Shown here: piece by piece, positions 56,772 through 64,000 of the stretch
Layout: each line of letters opens with the position of its first letter
Position numbering within the stretch: position 1 is the first letter of the stretch
Assembly: GCF_009914755.1 (NCBI RefSeq)
Contig: NC_060926.1
DNA: 64,000 nucleotides
Reading direction: 5' to 3' (one strand)
From: the human T2T-CHM13v2.0 reference genome, Homo sapiens
Program-made: the position numbers and the translations under genes
Notes under the pieces: model-generated
What the model was told of the DNA's origin: nothing
The model's input: the letters and a program-made list of their open reading frames with translations, nothing else
Databases searched by the model: none

Positions 56772-56854
56772 TCTAAATTGATAGGTCGCTTATTGAAACA
56801 ATGATGACATTTTTTGTGCTAATAACCTTAACCAACATCCTTCAAAAGAAAAAA

Positions 56855-57220
56855 GAAATGTAGTCTTTGCAGACGTAAAGTTAAGGATCTCAGTATGAGA
56901 TCATCCTGGATTAAAGGTGGGCTTTAAAACACTGGTGTCTTTCTAAGAGAAAGGAGAGGATGCTGTGACAGAGACATGGGGAAGAAGGTCACAAAGATGG
57001 AGGGAGAGGTTGAAGTTATGTTGCCCCAAGCCAAGAAACGCCGATAGCCACCAGAAGCTGAAAAAAGCAAGCAAGGACTTTTTCCTAGAGCTTTTGGAGG
57101 AAGCCCTGTTGACACCTTGATTTTGGACTTTTGGCCTCCAGAACTGTGCAAGAATAAATTTCTGTTGTTTTAAGCCATCACATTTGCAACAATTTCTTGT
57201 GGTAGCCCTAAAAAATTCTA
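56855..57220 (+). mobile_element. MLT1C-like LTR 3' part
   Basis: gtctttgcagacgtaaagttaaggatctc...gagatcatcctggatt...cctccagaactgtg.aagaataaatttctgttgttttaagcca. Confidence 0.75.
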
Positions 57221-57283
57221 ATTGGTAGAAAATGTTAAAACCACAGTTTACATTCTCTGATCTTCTTTTAAGATAAGAATCAA

Positions 57284-57570
<287 letters not shown>

Positions 57571-58360
57571 TTAGAATCACATGAGATTATTTTTCCGAAA
57601 ATACAGATTCCTGGACTCCATCCAAGACCTACTGAATGAAAATCTTTGAGGGAGGCAGGTAGGAGCCTTGGAATCTTTATCAGCAACAAGCACTGCAAGC
57701 AACTCATATCCTCAAGCAAGAAATTGGGGAAATGCTGAGTTAGAACAAGAAACTAAAAGCCGTTTTTAATAATTTCTGCCTATGGCTTTGAAAATATCCC
57801 TCGAGGCTTTAACCTCCCACTTTTCTGCAGACTGGGCTTTGTTAGTCAGGTATTTACAAAACAGGAAACTGCAAAGAAAGAAAGATGCGAAATAATGCCA
57901 CATGCATGTAAGAATAACAAGAAGACAACTTAGCAGAAGCTTGCATACCACTTCTAAATTAAAAATTAAGTAAGCTAAAATATAAAAGTATGGAACAAGG
58001 AAATAAACAGAATAAGGAAGTCTGGGATGCAATGAATAAATCTACAGGACATAAGCACGAAAAAGAGCTTCTCAGTTTCTTCAGTATCTACCTTTCAAAT
58101 AAAAAATAATTATCAACAGAAGGGAAAGTAGAGAGCAAATAGGTTTGAAAGAAAATTAAAACTCCAAACCAGAGAATGGAGAAAAATAGAGTGTCTAATT
58201 GCTAAAATATAAGTTTATCTTCCTATGGAGACAAATTATCAAAGAAGTAATGAAACATCAAGCATCTTTGATGTTCTCAGAATATTGACAGTAATTGTGG
58301 AATTAATGGGAGTTAGGAAACATGGGAAAAATGGGAAAAAATGCAAATAATATTGTACCA

Positions 58361-58615
58361 ACTCCAAAACTGAGAGAAAACTTGAAAATTATGGGGAGTG
58401 AAGTTTATGTAAGTTTCTGACAATTTTAAGATAAACTTGTTAAAACAATAGTTTGTCAGTATTTATAATGATAATATTTGATCATGACTCCGAAACTGAG
58501 AGAAAATTTGGAAACTAGAGAGAGGTGAAGTTTATGTAAATTTCTGACAATAATTCTAAGATTAACTTGTTAGAACAATAGTTTGTCAGTATTTATAATG
58601 ACACTATTTGGTCAT
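58361..58615. repeat. Two-copy tandem duplication, period 126 bp
   Basis: actcc(a/g)aaactgagagaaaa...aacaatagtttgtcagtatttataatga...tatttg(a/g)tcat at 58361 and 58487. Confidence 0.9.
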
Positions 58616-58776
58616 AAATGAAATAAAAATATAGTATGCAAGAATAATTTTTTGCTGATGCAGCTTTTTGATATATATATATATATATACATATAATACA
58701 TATATGTAAATACATATATATTTACATATGTAACATGTTTAGGGCATTTTCATATATGCTTTCATTAAATATATTT

Positions 58777-58808
<32 letters not shown>

Positions 58809-59464
58809 TTCTAAACACAGTACTCCTGTATTTTTTGCAACATTTTTGAGAAATTCTTTCACAATAAATGAAAATATCATACACTCAATATAATAGCAAA
58901 TTAGGTAGAAGAGTAGTTGATTCATAACTATAGCTACAGAATTCTAATTATTAGGTCAGCTTTTCCCAGAAGAATGTTTTTAATTGCTCTCCAAAAAGCT
59001 CATGCCTTTGTTACTATGATTTGGTTAAAGCTTCAAAAGTTAGGCTTATCCAATCTTTGAATTTACACAAAACTAGAAGACATCAGTACTATGATGGATG
59101 ATGGATTCAAAACTGCAAAATTACAAAAAAGTTAAGAATTGTAGGAGGATGGGGGGGTAGAGAGGACCTCACTCATGTACATATTTTGAAATGTGTGGAT
59201 AAGGGAGAATCAGAAGACTATCAAAATAAAACCTAAGAGAACTTTTGAAATGTAAACATTGGAAATATCCCTAAAAAGCCAACTTGTTTATAAGAAAAGC
59301 TTAGGCAGCATGTTAATTGACTGAAAACTCAACATGTCAGTTACATGATAAGGCTGTCGTCCAAGATTACTTTAAGAGAAACCTAGAAGCTAAATAACTA
59401 AAGGTAAAAAGCCCAGTATGATCTGTTGTAAAAAATACCAAATTTCTACCACATGAACTTTTTA

Positions 59465-59638
59465 CATTTTAAAACTTGTGATAAAAATACATAACATAAA
59501 ATTTACCATATTAACCATTTTAAGTATAGAGTTCAGTAACATGAACTATATTCATATATTTCTGCAGAAGATCTCCAAAAATTTTTCATCTTGCATATTT
59601 GAAATTCTATACACATTGAATATTAATCTCTCATTTTA
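59465..59638 (-). mobile_element. L1MA/MB 3' end fragment
   Basis: aacataaaatttaccatattaaccattttaagt...ttcagt is a typical antisense L1M 3' terminus. Confidence 0.65.
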
Positions 59639-61661
59639 GGCTATTAATTTTAATAAGATTATTAAAATTCAAGTGAATGAATAGCAGGGCAATTGGTAAG
59701 AAAAGCCCCTACAAACATAGTCATGTAAGAAAAAAGCTGAAAGAAGTGGTGTGTTTAACCTGTAAATCAGAAGAGTTGCTTGGACATGATGGTGTCTTTA
59801 GTTATCTCAAGAGCCAGATTGTGGACAAAGTTATTGATTCCATGTAGCTTCAGATGACAGCACAAATATCAGTGGGTAGAATACTTAGGAAGGCAGATCT
59901 TAGCTCCATGAAGAAAGAATCTTCTGACATTGCTTACTGCCCAACAGTGGAATTAATTACCCTCTGAAATGTTGAGTTATTTCTGAAAATATTTAAACAA
60001 TCAGTAGGTAAGCACTTCTGGGAACAGTTTTAGAAGAATTCCTATATTGGAAAAGAGATTAAGTTACAAAGCATTTTATTCAACTACAACAGTCTCTAAT
60101 TCTGTGAGAATAAGCAACTATGAGTGAATGGGACTGATATCCAACTGAAATCTACTAACACATTCTGCAACTTTGCACACACAATTTTCAGTGCTTCCGT
60201 CTCCTTATTTATAATGTGAAAACTAAAATAACTTTTATTATTCTTTCTAAATGTTCATATATTGAATAAACATGTATATGTTTGTACTAGTAGGTGTGTA
60301 CAAACCTGCTTTAATAGGAGATTAGAAGGGAGAAAGGAAGAAGGAAAAGAAGAGAGACAGAGAAACAAAATGAGTCAGTTAAAAAACAAAAGCATGTAAT
60401 AGTGAGATTCTTTCTTTCGCCATGGCCCTGGCCCACTTAGATCCAATACTAAGGACAAGGAGACACCAAGTATCCCCACGTTCTACAGAGAGAAACCGAT
60501 ATTTGGAACCATTTCATATAATAGGGGAGTACTGCACAAGTCAACCTTCTGGAGAGACCAGTGGACCAACCTGTGGAGAGATCCCCAAATGCAAGAGAAG
60601 GACAGACTCCATGAGAATCATTCATGAAATTGTGTGGTTCCTGAGAAGGCACTGATGAGATGTTTTTTCTGCAAGTGTTCTGGCCCTTTTACCTGTATCT
60701 AGAGAAGAACAAAGAACTGGAGAGTGATCGCAGGCCCAAGGGATAGGCCATTAAGAGAGCAGCCTGCTCACAACATTTGGGGAAAAAAATTAAAAAAAGT
60801 GGACTTAGCAAAGACAGCATACCTTCTCTTGTTACGTCAGTAATGCAACCAAAAGGGCAGCCCACCAAGCAAGGGGATTCTAGCAACTTAAGGCTATGAG
60901 ATATACATCCTGTGGTGAGAATGAGAAGTTATGGGGAATAAAAGAAACCTAGATCTAGATATGCAGGGAACCCTGAAGAAGGGAAAAGAAGAGAGAAGAA
61001 ATGAAAAGGAGGAAGTTCAGGGAATCCTAAAGAGGGATGAGACTCAAACCTCTCTGAAGATCTCACACAGAAGCCTCTCAATAGAGTTGCATTTCTCATG
61101 TGTCAGAGGATTGTGAAATTTACAGCAGCAGAAAGGAAGTTTCCTCTAGACCTGTTTGAAAAGATGTTACTCATTTCCTCCATGTCTCCTCTCTGCCTGA
61201 AGAGCTAAAGTTATATAAGCAGGACATAGTTTCCCCCCATTCTTAGAACCTGAAGTCTGGCCAGCAATGAGGGAGGAGAAAGCTTTGACTAAGATATAAT
61301 ATTGGTGTTTCAAAATGGGTTGGAACAAGTTATAGAAACTAAAAGTCACCAGACTCATTGTGTGGTGCAAAGATATTATTAAGGAATGGCAAAGGAGTTG
61401 AAAGCAGTGCTGGACAATAATTATATTTCATGTCAATATTCCACTGGATTACTACTCCTCATTATATGGTTACACACATATGCAGGTTTTTTCTTAGAAA
61501 ATAAAAAATATTATACTTAATCAGGAACTTTGCTTTTCTAATAATCTTGTGTAAACTATCTTTGATACAACTTACCACTGATTTAACTGGGTAAAAATTC
61601 CATTTTGATAGCTGAAACTCTTCCTTATTTCTCTATTTTTCTTTCTATTTACTTATGTATT

Positions 61662-61946
61662 ATTTTTTTGAGGCTGGGTCTCACTCAGGTTGTCCCAGGC
61701 TGGAATGCATCATGGCTCACTGCAGCCTCAACCTCCTGGGCTCAAGTGATCATACCACCTTAGCCTCCCAAGTAACTGGGACTACAGGTACCCATCACCA
61801 CCCCTGGCTAATTTTTTTGTATTTTTTGTAGAGATGGGATCTGGCCATGTTTCTCAGGCTGGTCTGGAACTTCTGGGCTCAAGTGATCCACCTACATCAG
61901 CCTGCCAAAATGCTGAGATAACAGGCATGAGCCACCATGCCCGCCT
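61662..61946 (-). mobile_element. AluJ element followed by a CT-rich simple repeat (61947-62048)
   Basis: Antisense Alu; (CTCTT/CTCCT)n tract. Confidence 0.88.
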
Positions 61947-62161
61947 ACTCTTCTCTTCCTCTCTTCTTCTCTCTTCTCCTCTCCTGTCCTGTCCTTTCCT
62001 CTCCTCTCCCTACCCCCTCCTCTACTGTCCTCTCTTTTCTCTTTTCTTGTAATTTTGTAAGATAACAAGATTACAAGAGCATTTACAAGTAAGACTACAA
62101 GTACAAGAGACAAAATCCTACTATCTACATGGTTATAAAAGATCAATATCCATAAAAATGA

Positions 62162-62536
<375 letters not shown>

Positions 62537-62824
62537 TGAACTACCTTTCAATCTGCTAACAAACTTTAGGTAATTTCCAAAGTTGAAGGCTTCTAATGAA
62601 TTAGGTACTACCAACTTACATTAAGGTACATTTATTAAAACATAATAAATATAAACTATAATGAGATACTTGGAAGACAGAACAAGCCAAAGATTGTTAA
62701 AGTTTAAAAAGAACAATCATACTTGACTATAAATTGTCTAAAGGACAAAACATGTCATTGTTTGAAACATTATCATGTTTAATCATGAAATGCCCTTATA
62801 TTTAATATAGTAATTTGAGGATGG

Positions 62825-63158
62825 TGATATGGCTTGGCTCGTCCCCACCCAAGTCACATCTTGAATTCCCACGTGTTGTGAAAGGGACCCAGTGGGAGGT
62901 AATTGAAACATGGGGGCAGGTCTTTGCCGTGCTGTTCTCATTATAACGAATAAGTCTCATGAGATCTGAGGGTATCATTAGGGGGAGTTTCCCTGCCCAA
63001 TCTCTCTGTCTCGTACCACCCACCTAAGATATGACTTGCTCCTCCTTGCCTTCCATCATGATTGTGAGGCTTCTGTAAATCCAGTTAAACCTCTTTCTTT
63101 TGTAAATTGTCCAGTCTACGGTATGTCTTCACCAGCAGCGTGAAAATGGACTAATACA
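62825..63158 (+). mobile_element. THE1A-like MaLR solo LTR
   Basis: tgatatggcttggct...aataagtctcatgagatctga...aaatggactaataca; TG...CA ends; TSD (g/t)atgg. Confidence 0.88.
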
Positions 63159-63299
63159 TATGGGAAGGAAATTTGTAAGGATAATTGCTTCCAACTTAAA
63201 TTAATTTTGCATATATAGACATTCTTACGTTACATAGTGCACAGATGATAAAATCAAATACACATGGTACAAGGATCAGCATTAATTGAGAATTTCTTA

Positions 63300-63385
63300 T
63301 TAGGGTGGTGCAACAGTAATTGCGTTTTTTTTTGTTGTTGTTCTCCATACTGGTAAAAACTGTAATTACTTTTGCACCGACCTAA
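63300..63385. mobile_element. MADE1 MITE, followed by MER5-like fragments (to about 63670)
   Basis: TA + ttagggtggtgcaacagtaattgcg ... taattacttttgcaccgacctaa + TA. Confidence 0.85.
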
Positions 63386-64000
63386 TAGAAATATAAATTC
63401 TTGGGCCCCACCTGAGACTGACTGGATCAGAGACTCTGGAAATGGGGCCCAGCACTCTGTTTTTTAACAAGCTCCTCAAAAGACTGTATGTATGTCTTGA
63501 GTTTTCAAATTTGATCACACATTTCATCATTAGGGAAGCATTAAAAATACTAATTATTGGGTCCCACTCCTAGAGATTCTATTTAATTACTCTGGAGTGA
63601 GGTATGGGCAGGTGATTTTAAAGTTCCCCTGGTAATTATTTTATTGACAACTTAAGTTGAGAACCAACGTTAGTCTTATCCTTGAAATTAAATTGACCAT
63701 CCAATTCCTTGACACAAGGTCCACTTTCAACACAGGCTTCACAATTTGAATATGTCTTCTCTTGTCTGCATCACCAATTTACAAATTCTTCTTTCCACAT
63801 GTGAAGACTACTAAAAAAGTTAAACAACTGCTTAAAGATTAAAGCTGAATCCTCAGAGGGCCTTCCCAATTAATGTAAACGTGCACCCACATATAATCTC
63901 AACCTAAAATGTGCAATTAACTCGTAAAGGCAAATGCAAGTAAAATAAATTAGGTTTGAAAATAGATGCTAGTAAATTCCAGTGAAAACCTGACCCTCAG

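Larger units (their letters stand above)
58200..60107 (+). mobile_element. Ancient L3/CR1 LINE relic (interrupted)
   Basis: Degenerate CR1 RT-like segments (ANVVPIFKK / GNYRPVSLTS-like, about 58340-58450) and an L3-like 3' end (tggaattaattaccctctgaaatgttgag...attctgtga). Confidence 0.5.

Noticed and set aside
62900-62910. DUX4 site in the THE1 LTR
   Set aside because: The sequence is TAATTGAAACA rather than TAATTGAATCA, so the core motif is broken.

Overview
Primate (human or great ape) genomic DNA from inside the very large LRP1B gene, which is transcribed on the minus strand. Three symmetric (phase 1-1) coding exons encode LDL-receptor class A (complement-type) repeats: 37577-37657 (81 nt), 35952-36119 (168 nt) and 8688-8870 (183 nt). 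From memory these are about exons 19-21. The rest is AT-rich intron filled with about 17 Alus, several L1s, a solo LTR13, MaLR LTRs (THE1, MLT1), DNA-transposon relics (MER2, MER58A, MADE1, MER5), L2/MIR/L3 fossils and microsatellites. Most ORF-track entries are repeat-derived. I found no wholly new biological system. The most notable signals are: (1) a spliced L1 insertion whose junction matches SD97/SA976 (SpIRE type), with an 18-nt 5' extension, inserted into an Alu tail; (2) a tailless 5'-half tRNA-Gln(CTG) retropseudogene with a perfect 16-bp TSD; (3) a GC-AG intron; (4) inverted Alus tightly bracketing an exon that has an ATG-initiated, stop-free alternative frame; (5) a gene-sense solo LTR13 splitting an Alu. 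Repeat subfamily calls are by eye and need RepeatMasker/Dfam confirmation.
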